Position numbers and translations under genes: made by a program
Part shown: in pieces, positions 50,761 through 59,931 of the stretch
Numbering within the stretch: position 1 is the first letter of the stretch
Layout of the letters: each line of letters starts with the position of its first letter
The notes under the pieces: generated by a model
Database searches by the model: none
Told to the model about the DNA's origin: nothing
The model's input: only the letters and a program-made list of their open reading frames with translations
Virus record (IMG/VR): IMGVR_UViG_3300032116_012976
Length of the DNA stretch: 64,000 bases
Strand: one strand, 5' to 3'
Source of the DNA: a virus
Taxonomy: Duplodnaviria > Heunggongvirae > Uroviricota > Caudoviricetes

Positions 50761-51551
50761 TTTTGCATCATCAGCGCATTGAAGTTTGCAGGAACAACAA
50801 TTGTTTGCACACGACCGTTCTTGATACCTTCTGAGATATTCATCATAGCCTGCGCTTGCATGTAAGCAATTGACTGAGCACCTTGATTACTCAATGCTTG
50901 CATACGTTCTGCTTCCATCTTAGCAGTCTTAACTTCAACTTCTTTTTGTTTCAATTCATTCTTGGCACGAACCAACTCATTTGCACTCGCAACCACAGAA
51001 TCTGCAGGTACAATATTCCGAATCAACACTTGACCAACAACCAAACTACCATCAAGTTTTTCATCAGCCAAACTCTTTTGAATTTGTTCTTTAATTGCTT
51101 GTTCCATCACTTGGCGATTATCAGCCATGTCTAGTGCCTCGTACTTTCGGGCTTCTTTGTAGATGGCATTACGAGTGGTTTGAACCATATAGTTGTACAT
51201 CAAGTAGATGTCGCCGTTGTGCCGAGCATGGAATGCTTGACTCTTTTGGCTATACAACTCGGCTACCTGTGCTTGATTGATGTTATAGATAACCACTGCA
51301 TCAAAGTCTTTCATTGTTGAGTTATCTTTAGCAACAGGTGTCATGTCCTCCAGTTTGACATTAACGTCCTTGATTGGGAATGTAAGAACATCACCCCAAA
51401 AGGTTTGATTAAACGAGCCAGGCATTAATTCACCTTGCTGGACTTGTTTATCAAAGCCAACACGTACACCAACTTCACCTGTTTCGATACGAGTACAACC
51501 TGTTGCCAGCACAGCCGCGGCAAGAACGGAGAGAGTCAAAATACGTTTCAT
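50757..51551 (-). CDS. SPFH/band-7 (prohibitin-like) lipoprotein
   Basis: Lipobox LATGC after the signal peptide. SPFH-like GEVGVRVGFDKQV...DFDAVVIYNI... followed by a coiled-coil tail. Confidence 0.7.
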   Translation of the reverse strand: MKRILTLSVLAAAVLATGCTRIETGEVGVRVGFDKQVQQGELMPGSFNQTFWGDVLTFPIKDVNVKLEDMTPVAKDNSTMKDFDAVVIYNINQAQVAELYSQKSQAFHARHNGDIYLMYNYMVQTTRNAIYKEARKYEALDMADNRQVMEQAIKEQIQKSLADEKLDGSLVVGQVLIRNIVPADSVVASANELVRAKNELKQKEVEVKTAKMEAERMQALSNQGAQSIAYMQAQAMMNISEGIKNGRVQTIVVPANFNALMMQK

Positions 51552-51560
51552 TTTATTTCC

Positions 51561-51749
51561 TTAAAAAAGTACCACAAGGGCAAGTAGACTACCAAAAGTA
51601 AGTATAGCACAAAATGCACTGTAAGTCAAGAGTTTTACCAAACTCCACGATTCTTTTCCGGACATGTTCCGTAGGTACTGAATGCCGAAAAAGAACATGC
51701 CAAACACAACAACAAAAGCCAATAGGATTCTAATCATCACACTCTCCAA
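51561..51749 (-). CDS. small two-helix membrane protein
   Basis: MESVMIRILLAFVVVFGMFFFGIQY...AFCAILTFGSLLALVVLF. Confidence 0.5.
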   Translation of the reverse strand: MESVMIRILLAFVVVFGMFFFGIQYLRNMSGKESWSLVKLLTYSAFCAILTFGSLLALVVLF

Positions 51750-52210
51750 ATTTCTTCAAAACCTTCCGACAAGTCTGGCTCTTCCCAGTCCCGAATCATG
51801 CGAGCAATCACCTCAGATGGGATTGTTTTGCCCGGACGGCCGGCCAATCGTCTAGCCAATTCTTCAGGCTCGGGCGTTCGAAATACCACAGCAATGGCCG
51901 AGTATTCCGGCAACATGCGAAACTTTTTGGCCCGGCTTGCCCGTGTGGTGCTGGTCTGATCCCAGATGATGTCGTTGTTGTTAGCCTGTGCAGTCAACGC
52001 ATGGTTGGTCATCAGGCGAACAGCAATAGGCATGTATTCTTCAAACACTTCTGAATAGGTCTTGCCTTGGCTCCGGGCATAATCTTCCACCCAGGGGTCT
52101 GTGCTGACCACACTCAAGCCCAAGGCCCAGACCTGGTCTTTGATCCAGGTGCTTTTGCCTGATCCTGGCACTCCTACCAACATGTACAATTTAGGCACTT
52201 TCAACTCCAA
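51737..52210 (-). CDS. P-loop kinase/ATPase (AAA_33 / polynucleotide-kinase-like)
   Basis: Walker A LVGVPGSGKST at the N-terminus. Confidence 0.6.
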   Translation of the reverse strand: MELKVPKLYMLVGVPGSGKSTWIKDQVWALGLSVVSTDPWVEDYARSQGKTYSEVFEEYMPIAVRLMTNHALTAQANNNDIIWDQTSTTRASRAKKFRMLPEYSAIAVVFRTPEPEELARRLAGRPGKTIPSEVIARMIRDWEEPDLSEGFEEIWRV

Positions 52211-52418
52211 AATGTTCTTTGATATTCTTTGCAGAAAAGGTCAACGCTCTATCCCATTGATTATTACCGTGCCCGTTACCAATGCTTGCTTGTTCAATAC
52301 ATTCTCTCACAATCAACTCGGCGAATTTTTTACACTCTGGCATATCCCAGTGTCCAATGCCAAACATATCTTTTTCGTAGCCAGCCTGTTCAGCAAGTTG
52401 TCGAATTCGTTCGTTCAT
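52191..52418 (-). CDS. hypothetical protein (KFAELIVREC family, copy 1)
   Basis: Shares ...LAEQAG...KFAELIVRECIEQA with ORF 52785. Confidence 0.5.
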   Translation of the reverse strand: MNERIRQLAEQAGYEKDMFGIGHWDMPECKKFAELIVRECIEQASIGNGHGNNQWDRALTFSAKNIKEHFGVESA

Positions 52419-52624
52419 ATCATACCCTCAAACAATTTTTTAACCGATATCGCCTGACCTGTAGTATAAACAATATCAAAACTATCATTCTCAATGTGAT
52501 ACCGATTGCGGTTGCAATTTACATACTCACCCTTGTCATCAGTATACACTTGTCGCATCTGTGTATAGGTTTTATCCACAGCACCATCAAAGATAACCCG
52601 TGTAGTGATTTTACGCTTGTTCAT
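52415..52624 (-). CDS. hypothetical protein
   Basis: 69-aa ORF, ATGA-coupled. Confidence 0.45.
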   Translation of the reverse strand: MNKRKITTRVIFDGAVDKTYTQMRQVYTDDKGEYVNCNRNRYHIENDSFDIVYTTGQAISVKKLFEGMI

Positions 52625-52788
52625 TCTTCAACCTCTGTTTCAAAAGTAGAAATTTCTTGATCTTCTGTCAGATCCAGACTTTCTAGTGCGTATTCTAAAT
52701 TGTTCCTGGATGCAAACACACGGACACTCACATCGGGCACTTCACTGTCTTTGTCAAATGTTTGAACAGCATAGCCGTAGACTTTCAT
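52621..52788 (-). CDS. 55-aa acidic protein (below ORF-track cutoff)
   Basis: MKVYGYAVQTFDKDSEVPDVSVRVFASRNNLEYALESLDLTEDQEISTFETEVEE. ATGA overlaps at both ends. Confidence 0.5.
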   Translation of the reverse strand: MKVYGYAVQTFDKDSEVPDVSVRVFASRNNLEYALESLDLTEDQEISTFETEVEE

Positions 52789-53078
52789 TCTTCAACTCCA
52801 AATTTCTTTTTCGCTAATTCTTGTTCGCATTGAGCAATGGAGGCGTCAAGCATAGCAGTTGTGATTTCTTTGGGATTCATTCCAAAATGCAATTTAATCA
52901 AATCTACTCCCTGACCGCGACTGATCATGTCACGCAACATGGGATTCAATGCTATGCAACATTCCCGCACAATCAACTCGGCGAACTTTTCAATTTCGTC
53001 ATCTAACAATGAAACAGCATGGTCATTGCTGTATACTGCGCCAGCCTCAACCGCAAGTAGTTTAATTTGTTCGTTCAT
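52785..53078 (-). CDS. hypothetical protein (KFAELIVREC family, copy 2)
   Basis: LAVEAG...KFAELIVRECCIAL. Confidence 0.5.
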   Translation of the reverse strand: MNEQIKLLAVEAGAVYSNDHAVSLLDDEIEKFAELIVRECCIALNPMLRDMISRGQGVDLIKLHFGMNPKEITTAMLDASIAQCEQELAKKKFGVEE

Positions 53079-53182
53079 TTTACATCCTTATATAACCATC
53101 GGCGGAATCTTGTTGATACTGTTGTTAGCACATTTATGCCAATAATAACAACGACTGCAATAACAATAACAATTTCAATCAT
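53075..53182 (-). CDS. 35-aa membrane peptide (below ORF-track cutoff)
   Basis: MIEIVIVIAVVVIIGINVLTTVSTRFRRWLYKDVK. ATGA overlaps at both ends. Confidence 0.45.
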   Translation of the reverse strand: MIEIVIVIAVVVIIGINVLTTVSTRFRRWLYKDVK

Positions 53183-53289
53183 TCTTTAACTCCAAAATGT
53201 TTTTTACATTTGTGAAATGGCATAATACGACCAAGCCATCCAATCAGTTCACCGCAATTTTGGCAACAGTATGATGGGTATTTCTTCAT
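53179..53289 (-). CDS. 36-aa zinc-ribbon-like peptide
   Basis: MKKYPSYCCQNCGELIGWLGRIMPFHKCKKHFGVKE. Start moved to the ATGA junction with ORF 53286. Confidence 0.45.
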   Translation of the reverse strand: MKKYPSYCCQNCGELIGWLGRIMPFHKCKKHFGVKE

Positions 53290-53564
53290 TTCAAATCGCC
53301 ACGCAGGGTGTGCCACATTTTGGGATCGGTGCCCAAGTAGATGCGATACTTTTGATAATTGCGCCACTGGCTCAGTCGGTTCACACCACGCTCGACCCAG
53401 TCAAACATGGCACTGCGGAACCACAAGGGATTCACAATGGCCACAATCAGTGCTGCCGCCACAGGCACAATCAGCACAGCCACAACCACCCAATGAAATG
53501 TCATGGCACGGTAGTAACGGCCACCACCAGGCACCAGTTCAATTTCTTTACTCATATTTGCCAT
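53286..53564 (-). CDS. membrane protein
   Basis: Hydrophobic segment AMTFHWVVVAVLIVPVAAALIVAIV. Confidence 0.5.
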   Translation of the reverse strand: MANMSKEIELVPGGGRYYRAMTFHWVVVAVLIVPVAAALIVAIVNPLWFRSAMFDWVERGVNRLSQWRNYQKYRIYLGTDPKMWHTLRGDLK

Positions 53565-53965
53565 TCCTTTTTTGTTTTGCGTTTGAAAGTTGTTGGGTCA
53601 ATCACTGCCGACAGGGCTTGCGTGACATCTTCCGCAGTGTCTGGGTCAGTGCTCTTTTTGAGTCCTAGTGCAACCTTTTCTTCTGCTGTGAGTTTACGCA
53701 GGGCCGCACGCCGCAGGCGCAGACGCTCTTGTTTGCGTTCTTCCTTTTCGCGGGCCTTGCGGTCTGCTTCTTTGTGTTTAGCCCACCATTCACGCACCTC
53801 GTCATCACGGAGCAACAACAGATCTTCAATCTTGTTGTTTTCCAGTTCAGTCATGGCCTTGCAGGCAATGCGAGCCAGCATGTCAGCACGGTCTTTGAGA
53901 TCGCGATACTGCCAACTGTCAGTGGGGCTGGAATAACTGTCTGATGCATAATCTCTACAGGGCAT
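53552..53965 (-). CDS. hypothetical protein (charged coiled-coil-like)
   Basis: 137-aa ORF, KEADRKAREKEERKQERLRLRR. Confidence 0.5.
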   Translation of the reverse strand: MPCRDYASDSYSSPTDSWQYRDLKDRADMLARIACKAMTELENNKIEDLLLLRDDEVREWWAKHKEADRKAREKEERKQERLRLRRAALRKLTAEEKVALGLKKSTDPDTAEDVTQALSAVIDPTTFKRKTKKEWQI

Positions 53966-53966
53966 G

Positions 53967-54359
53967 TTACTCTCCTTGTGTCTGCAGGGCTTTCAAAAAC
54001 TCCACACATGCGGCCTCGGTGCGCTTGGTCACTACCACCCGGCCACCCCAGAAGCCCACATACAGACTGCGGTGCTCCACAAACTTCACTTCACCGTCAG
54101 CACCAGTATGCTTTTGACGAGCCGCTGGCTTTGCAGGCACTGCCTTTTTTGCAGGTGCTTTAGGCACTGCGGCCACCACAGGCTTTGCTGTCACTGCCTT
54201 TGCAGGTGCAGGCACTGCAAGCGGACGATGCTCAAAGCCATGTTTCTTATCATACTTGGCAATGGCTTTTTCATCCATGCCCCATGTGGCCAGTAGTCGG
54301 CGAACTTCAGTGCCGGGCAGTTGATTCCAGTGTATGATAGGGTCAGTCCAGTTGGTCAT
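53967..54359 (-). CDS. hypothetical protein
   Basis: 130-aa ORF with an Ala/Pro/Lys-rich linker. Confidence 0.5.
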   Translation of the reverse strand: MTNWTDPIIHWNQLPGTEVRRLLATWGMDEKAIAKYDKKHGFEHRPLAVPAPAKAVTAKPVVAAVPKAPAKKAVPAKPAARQKHTGADGEVKFVEHRSLYVGFWGGRVVVTKRTEAACVEFLKALQTQGE

Positions 54360-54369
54360 GTTGGGCTCC

Positions 54370-54570
54370 TTAATAAGATTGATGTGAATGTCCGATACGA
54401 TACACGGGTGCGCCTGGCGTCAAATCATTTTCCGGAGTATACACTTCCGGCAACATGATATCCGCAAACTCACCGTAGGAGTAATAACCAGACTCGGTCA
54501 CTACCAAGCGAGCATCAGCGGGCAGGGCACGGAGTGCCTCAATCATTTGTGCTACAGTTATAGTGGTCAT
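54370..54570 (-). CDS. hypothetical protein (66 aa)
   Basis: Start moved to MTTITVAQ (RBS taaggag), 21 nt downstream of the predicted start site of promoter 54598. Confidence 0.5.
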   Translation of the reverse strand: MTTITVAQMIEALRALPADARLVVTESGYYSYGEFADIMLPEVYTPENDLTPGAPVYRIGHSHQSY

Positions 54571-54597
54571 CTCAAGCTCCTTAGTGTCTATGTGTGT

Positions 54598-54626
54598 ATT
54601 ATAGCAAATTGGGAATTTTTGGTCAA
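54598..54626 (-). promoter_or_regulatory. sigma70-type promoter TTGACC-N17-TATAAT (TGn)
   Basis: Minus strand: ttgaccaaaaattcccaatttgcTATAATacacaca. Confidence 0.7.
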
Positions 54627-54823
54627 CCGTGCAGAGCAGTCCAGGTTTCCCAGGGCTGATCGCGAATGTATTGTATTGCCTTAACACCACCTTTAACCCT
54701 GCAGGCATACTGCATGGCTGTGGCAAATTTGCCACGCTGACGATGTGTTTTGCGAGCTAATCCTACCGGATTGAGCTTCCATTTCCACAGCGAGTCATAT
54801 TTGCCGCGAATCATCTTGTGCAT
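54623..54823 (-). CDS. hypothetical basic protein (66 aa)
   Basis: ORF with RBS gaggag downstream of promoter 54851. Confidence 0.5.
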   Translation of the reverse strand: MHKMIRGKYDSLWKWKLNPVGLARKTHRQRGKFATAMQYACRVKGGVKAIQYIRDQPWETWTALHG

Positions 54824-54850
54824 GGTGGCTCCTCTGTTGTCTATGTGTGT

Positions 54851-54879
54851 ATTATAGCAAAACGGTGATTTGGTGTCAA
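54851..54879 (-). promoter_or_regulatory. sigma70-type promoter TTGACA-N17-TATAAT (TGn)
   Basis: Minus strand: ttgacaccaaatcaccgttttgcTATAATacacaca. Confidence 0.7.
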
Positions 54880-55205
54880 CCGTTTTGCTTCACGCGAACG
54901 TCCGTGTTCAGCGCAGGTGCATACTTTTGTATTAACTCGCGCTCCAACTTATGTGCGGCATCTTTGCCACGCACAATGTCCACGATAGCCACGTTCATTG
55001 CTTCAGTACCGTTTGCGCGAATTGCTTCGTACAAGTTCCAGCCTTTGTCTTCTGTGCGGCTACGGTAGATGTGCTTGTTCACACGGCTACGGAGCGACAT
55101 GTTGATTGTGCGCTGGGTTTTTGCGGTAATACCAATGTAGTACTCAAATCCAATTTGGATCATGTACACTATGTGGCTGCGATCAGTACGTTTCTTTCTC
55201 ATCAT
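54876..55205 (-). CDS. GIY-YIG nuclease-domain protein (109 aa, free-standing)
   Basis: [17 protein letters not shown] (GIY...YIG), [16 protein letters not shown]. The ATG lies 6 nt after the -10 hexamer. Confidence 0.6.
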   Translation of the reverse strand: MMRKKRTDRSHIVYMIQIGFEYYIGITAKTQRTINMSLRSRVNKHIYRSRTEDKGWNLYEAIRANGTEAMNVAIVDIVRGKDAAHKLERELIQKYAPALNTDVRVKQNG

Positions 55206-55211
55206 GTGTGT

Positions 55212-55240
55212 ATTATAGCATTTTGGGCATTTTTGGTCAA
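55212..55240 (-). promoter_or_regulatory. sigma70-type promoter TTGACC-N17-TATAAT (TGn), apparently leaderless
   Basis: Minus strand: ttgaccaaaaatgcccaaaatgcTATAATacacacATGATG. Confidence 0.7.
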
Positions 55241-55267
55241 CCGAAATGCCTGTTGCAAAAATACAAC

Positions 55268-55307
55268 AAAAGTACTACTTTTTTTAGCCCTAAAAGTAGT
55301 ACTTTTT
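55268..55307. terminator. 12-bp perfect hairpin flanked by A- and T-runs (bidirectional terminator shape) between divergent units
   Basis: agtactactttt (55271..55282) pairs with aaaagtagtact (55292..55303). Confidence 0.55.
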
Positions 55308-55317
55308 TCAGCAAAAA

Positions 55318-56433
55318 TTGAATATTTGGTCAACCAAAGTGTGGGCTATAAGTAACAGCATGGACACTGATCTTTACCACGACATTTACACTAGCGAAAT
55401 TTTTGACACCAGCCAATGCATATGGCACGAAAATAATACCATGAATTTCTTTCACAGTTTGTTGATCAAACTGGGATATGAGCCTGTGCAAGATGGACAC
55501 AAAACATGGCGCCGTGGAGACCGTACTGTGGTGCTGTGTCTGGTAGACGACTACATCTCTACCACATACGACTATGACACACCAGTGGCATATCGATTTG
55601 ATCGCAATACCACAGTGATCACAGACAACTATGTTACCAGTCCAACCTTGTACAAGGTGTTTCAACTGCCATCCAGTTTCTTTGGCATCTATCATTATGA
55701 ACCCAAGCTGACCAATTTCAATCCCACACGCAGATTTAATTTTTCAGTCAATCGCATTGATTCCAAACGCATGTTGACCATGCTGGAAATTGCGTTGCGT
55801 TGTGAAAAGTATCCAGATGCTGAAACGTTGGACTTTATCAATTTCAACTGCTGGAGTTGGGAAGGTGACAATTCCACAGCTGAAGGATGCAATCAAAATT
55901 TCAGAGATGCCTACGAAAAACTAGAGCCACAATACAAAGCAGTGTATGGTGACACTTTTGAACGCATTGCTCAAACCATGCCATTTAAAAATCATGACAT
56001 GTCAGTTGAGCAGGCACACCTCAGTGCTTATGTGAACATGGTAATTGAAACCTACTCCAGTGACAGTTCAATTGCTCTCAGCGAGAAGATATTCCGTGCA
56101 TTGGTCACTCCGGCACCCTGGCAAGTGTATGCTGGCCGCCATGCAGTGGCCTATCTGGAAAGTCTAGGATTTGACACACTCAAAGACATTGTCAATCACA
56201 GTTACGATGTCATGATGGAAAACAAAACTGCTGCCTATGGTGACAAACTGGTTGAATACATCTTTGCTGGCGCAGATACATTTACCAAACTCAGTGCTAT
56301 GGATCGCACAGAACTGCGACATCGTTGCCTTACTGCCAGCAGACAAAATCAAAAGGTGCTCAAAGACATGAGTGCTCGTTGGCCTGCAGAGTTTGCCGCT
56401 TGGTTGCCGGCTGTTATAGACCATATCAAATAA
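55318..56433 (+). CDS. putative glycosyltransferase, GT10-like TEK-motif family, paralog 5
   Basis: VNMVIETYSSDSSIALSEKIFRALVTPAPWQVYAGRHAVAYLESLGFDTLKDIVNHSYD. Start 55318 or 55360 is ambiguous. Confidence 0.45.
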   Translation: MNIWSTKVWAISNSMDTDLYHDIYTSEIFDTSQCIWHENNTMNFFHSLLIKLGYEPVQDGHKTWRRGDRTVVLCLVDDYISTTYDYDTPVAYRFDRNTTVITDNYVTSPTLYKVFQLPSSFFGIYHYEPKLTNFNPTRRFNFSVNRIDSKRMLTMLEIALRCEKYPDAETLDFINFNCWSWEGDNSTAEGCNQNFRDAYEKLEPQYKAVYGDTFERIAQTMPFKNHDMSVEQAHLSAYVNMVIETYSSDSSIALSEKIFRALVTPAPWQVYAGRHAVAYLESLGFDTLKDIVNHSYDVMMENKTAAYGDKLVEYIFAGADTFTKLSAMDRTELRHRCLTASRQNQKVLKDMSARWPAEFAAWLPAVIDHIK

Positions 56434-56434
56434 C

Positions 56435-57976
56435 ATGTGTGGTGTTCTATACGTAAAAAGCACCACTGATATACCGCTAGAAAAGCACAACCAAGCTCTA
56501 GAAATTTTAAAAGATCGCGGTCCAGATTTTACCTGTTACCAACATCATGGTCGTGTGTTCTGTGCGCAAACAGTTCTGCACATCACTGGCAACACACAAT
56601 TTTACAATCGACAGTCAGATGATTTTTTTGCATTCAATGGCGAAATCTACAACTATCGCTGGTTTGGTTCCTACAGCAACGACACTGAGCTGATGTATCG
56701 TGCTGTAAAAGACGCACCAGTAAAAAAACTCAAATACTTTGAAGGACCGTGGGCGTGGGTGTATGCTCAAGGCGACCAAGTGATATATGCCACTGATCCA
56801 CAAGGCGAAAGATGCCTGTACAGATATCAAGACAACAACATACTGATTGTGAGTTCTGAGGTGGCAGCTATTTTGGTATACATCCGACCAAAATTACAAG
56901 ACATTGATTACACAACCAAACACTATCCAATTTGGCAAAACACGCCTTGGCAAGGAATTGAACGATGTGTGCCAGGTGTGATGTATGATCAGTCGGGCAA
57001 CACCACAGTGATTGACAGTATCTTTTCATGGGCCAAACCCAGTAGTATTCAAACATTGGACCAGGCCTGGGAAGAATATCAACCCTTGTGGGAACGGGTA
57101 ATCACTGACATGCGGCCAGAAACATCTTATGCCTGCACATTCAGTGGTGGGCTTGATTCTGGCGTGGTTGCAAAAAGTCTTCCACAAAGTCAGCACTATT
57201 ATACCACCAACATGCTGGGCAAAGACCCAGTGAGTGAACAATCTCAACGTATGTTGGAAGGCAGTCAACGAGACAAAATCATCAACATTGGTGTTACAGA
57301 ACAGCAATGGGCCGATGCATTTGAGCAAGTGTGTCGTCGCACACTGATGCCAGTTCAAAGCTACAGTTTTGTTGGCCAGTGGATAATTGCTCAACACTGC
57401 AAAGAACGTGTGTTGTTTACTGGTGTAGGCGCTGATGAACTGTTTGGTGGCTATGGCGTTTACTCACAGCTTGAATACACCACACAAACAAGTGCAAGTC
57501 CTTACAGTTCATTTGGCAATGACACTCACGCTCAACAACTGTGGCAACAATGTTTGCATGCACATCAAGGTCAAGCAGAGCCAGCCACTCTGTTGATGGA
57601 TTATATCACTCAAATTTGTGCAATAGACATGCGTGGCATTGACGTTTGTACCATGGCACATGGCATTGAACCACGCTCGCCATTTGTGCATCCTAAGATC
57701 ATTCGGTTTGCACTTGGCCTTCCCATGCACCTGAGGCGCGGCAAACCTTTGATTCGTCGACAGTTTTTGGCCTCCTGGCCTGAAGAAATGATACTTCCCA
57801 AAAAAGGATTCACTGGACATTGCAATGATTCATTGCCTTGGATGAAATTCACTGTGCCAGATCAGGCTCGGGCACCACAGTGGAAGCAAATTGTCAAAAC
57901 TGGATTTAGATATTATGCCAATCAATATCTTGATCAAACCACTCAGGACTTATCCGCACATGCGGATGTTGCTTGA
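56435..57976 (+). CDS. asparagine synthase-like (class II glutamine amidotransferase + ATP-PPase domain)
   Basis: N-terminal MCG(V) nucleophile Cys. PP-loop-like FSGGLDSGVVA. Confidence 0.8.
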   Translation: MCGVLYVKSTTDIPLEKHNQALEILKDRGPDFTCYQHHGRVFCAQTVLHITGNTQFYNRQSDDFFAFNGEIYNYRWFGSYSNDTELMYRAVKDAPVKKLKYFEGPWAWVYAQGDQVIYATDPQGERCLYRYQDNNILIVSSEVAAILVYIRPKLQDIDYTTKHYPIWQNTPWQGIERCVPGVMYDQSGNTTVIDSIFSWAKPSSIQTLDQAWEEYQPLWERVITDMRPETSYACTFSGGLDSGVVAKSLPQSQHYYTTNMLGKDPVSEQSQRMLEGSQRDKIINIGVTEQQWADAFEQVCRRTLMPVQSYSFVGQWIIAQHCKERVLFTGVGADELFGGYGVYSQLEYTTQTSASPYSSFGNDTHAQQLWQQCLHAHQGQAEPATLLMDYITQICAIDMRGIDVCTMAHGIEPRSPFVHPKIIRFALGLPMHLRRGKPLIRRQFLASWPEEMILPKKGFTGHCNDSLPWMKFTVPDQARAPQWKQIVKTGFRYYANQYLDQTTQDLSAHADVA

Positions 57977-58622
57977 AATATTTTTCAACCCAATCCAAGC
58001 ATTGTGATTCGCTAGGAGTCACTGACCTAGTGCGAGAACTGTTGAATTCATACCAGTACAACCCGTATGGTGCCTGAGAATCTGTAAATCTAAAAGTAAA
58101 CAACTGTCCGGGATCTGCTCCGCACAGTTTGGCAAATCTATCAAAAGTTGTGATTGGTTCAAAGTCTGAATACAAGTGTGCTCGACTGTGATGTGTGGTA
58201 ATAAATCCTGGCACAGTTTGTATTTCGGGCAATCGTTCTAGACATCGCAATCGTGAATCTCCATTGCCAGCAAGATATGTGCCATCACCCTGATCTAACA
58301 CCAAAAATGGTTTTATAATGCCCTGTGCTCGTATGTCTCGTATCCACATGTTGAGCTTGACAAGATTGGCAATGTCATAGTGATTGCGCGGCTCAGCTAG
58401 AAACCCTGCTGGCCCATCATGATCTAGCCACTGATTGGCCCATTCGCAAAGATCATTCAGTCGTTGGTTGGTTGAAAAGTGTCGAAATTCGCAACTGGGA
58501 TTCCAGAACAAGCAATGCATGCCTTGATTTGAACTGATCTGAATGGGATCTTGTTTGCTGGGCCAGTGAAATTCCACAAGAGGATTATTCCAATACATAG
58601 ATCTACTTAGTAAATAGGTCAT
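57906..58622 (-). CDS. hypothetical protein
   Basis: 238-aa ORF. Converges on and overlaps the AsnB-like 3' end by 71 nt, and shares CATG (58620-58623) with the divergent ORF 58621. Confidence 0.5.
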   Translation of the reverse strand: MTYLLSRSMYWNNPLVEFHWPSKQDPIQISSNQGMHCLFWNPSCEFRHFSTNQRLNDLCEWANQWLDHDGPAGFLAEPRNHYDIANLVKLNMWIRDIRAQGIIKPFLVLDQGDGTYLAGNGDSRLRCLERLPEIQTVPGFITTHHSRAHLYSDFEPITTFDRFAKLCGADPGQLFTFRFTDSQAPYGLYWYEFNSSRTRSVTPSESQCLDWVEKYFKQHPHVRISPEWFDQDIDWHNI

Positions 58623-59580
58623 GGACTATACATCTTTGTTTGCCAACACACTCTCTGGCTTGGGGTTTGATCTGCATGCAGTTTACAACTGCTTTGATCC
58701 GCCATATCGTCCAGAAACTGGTTGGCCGTTAAAGTTGCCCAACATTGAATTCAAACACAACACACTGCTGTTGTTGCATTTTCAAGATTTCATAACACCA
58801 TGTCAGGGTCGCATACTTGAACTGGAACAAGTAGAACGCCACTATGGCGCCAATGCACATCGTGTGCTGGTAACTTATTGGAGTCATAATTTACAAAAAT
58901 ACTATCAAGGACCAGTGAACCTTATCGAATTCAGCAATCACAACATGGCCACTGTGACTGCTATCCAAGCTCGTGAGTCACAATGGACCAATTCAATAAA
59001 TGCAAAAACTTCAGCATGGCAATGCCTCAATGGTCGCATGTGCTTGCATCGTCGACGTGCTGTGGACATCTTGCAACATTGGCCTAATGGTGTGTTAAGT
59101 TACGGCAACGACATTCCACTTGATGCTTGGGCTTATGACACCTATCGCGGCACAGAAAACGAAGATAACTTCATGCGACTGTTGCCGGTATATGCAAAAT
59201 GTCAAGTGAACATTGTGACTGAAACACAGTATGATGAGCCGCCAGGCATTGTGAGCGAAAAAACATTGATGGCGATGATTGCACAGCAGGTACCCATTGT
59301 GATTGGTCACCAAGGTATTGTGCAAGACTGTAGAGAGCTTGGGTTTGACATGTTTGACGACCTGGTGGACACCAGCTATGATAGCATGTCCAATGACGTT
59401 CGAGTCGAACAAGCCATAATGAAAAATCAAGATCTCATACTGGGAAAAATTAACCTTGCGCCATACCAAGAGCGACTGCAAAAACAAAGAAGTTTTTTGC
59501 TTGATGAATTTATAACTGGCACACAACAACGGTACATTCAAGACGTTGAACAGTTGGCTAAAAAACTAAGTGCGATTTAA
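58621..59580 (+). CDS. putative glycosyltransferase, GT10-like TEK-motif family, paralog 6
   Basis: VNIVTETQYDEPPGIVSEKTLMAMIAQQVPIVIGHQGIVQDCRELGFDMFDDLVDTSYD. Confidence 0.5.
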   Translation: MDYTSLFANTLSGLGFDLHAVYNCFDPPYRPETGWPLKLPNIEFKHNTLLLLHFQDFITPCQGRILELEQVERHYGANAHRVLVTYWSHNLQKYYQGPVNLIEFSNHNMATVTAIQARESQWTNSINAKTSAWQCLNGRMCLHRRRAVDILQHWPNGVLSYGNDIPLDAWAYDTYRGTENEDNFMRLLPVYAKCQVNIVTETQYDEPPGIVSEKTLMAMIAQQVPIVIGHQGIVQDCRELGFDMFDDLVDTSYDSMSNDVRVEQAIMKNQDLILGKINLAPYQERLQKQRSFLLDEFITGTQQRYIQDVEQLAKKLSAI

Positions 59581-59931
59581 AAACTTCAACCACTTTTCTA
59601 GATCGCCGTACATGGCCAACATCACTGCCTGCTGACTGCCAAACAAAACAATTTGCGGATGCTTGCCAATTTTAATGTAGTAAGGGCAATCTAACTTTTT
59701 ATCCAAGGTCAGTAAATGTTTGGGTTTAGCAACCAAGTCAGAAGGAGCATCAAATGCGTATGTTTCTAAGTCACAAGTACCAATTGCTGTATATCCAGCA
59801 TTGGTCAGTCTGAATCCGCCGCCATCTCTAAAGTTCATCCACCATGACTTGCAGGCTTCGTCGTAGGTCAGTTGGTCTTCCGACGGAAGACCTGTCAGTA
59901 TGCGTTCGGTAATCTGTTGTTTAGTTAACAT
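59566..59931 (-). CDS. hypothetical protein
   Basis: 121-aa ORF. Confidence 0.5.
   Translation of the reverse strand: MLTKQQITERILTGLPSEDQLTYDEACKSWWMNFRDGGGFRLTNAGYTAIGTCDLETYAFDAPSDLVAKPKHLLTLDKKLDCPYYIKIGKHPQIVLFGSQQAVMLAMYGDLEKWLKFLNRT

Noticed and set aside
55318-55334. TTGACC at 55333..55328 as another member of the minus-strand promoter family
   Set aside because: No acceptable -10 lies 17 nt downstream; that position falls in the T-run of the 55268..55307 hairpin.
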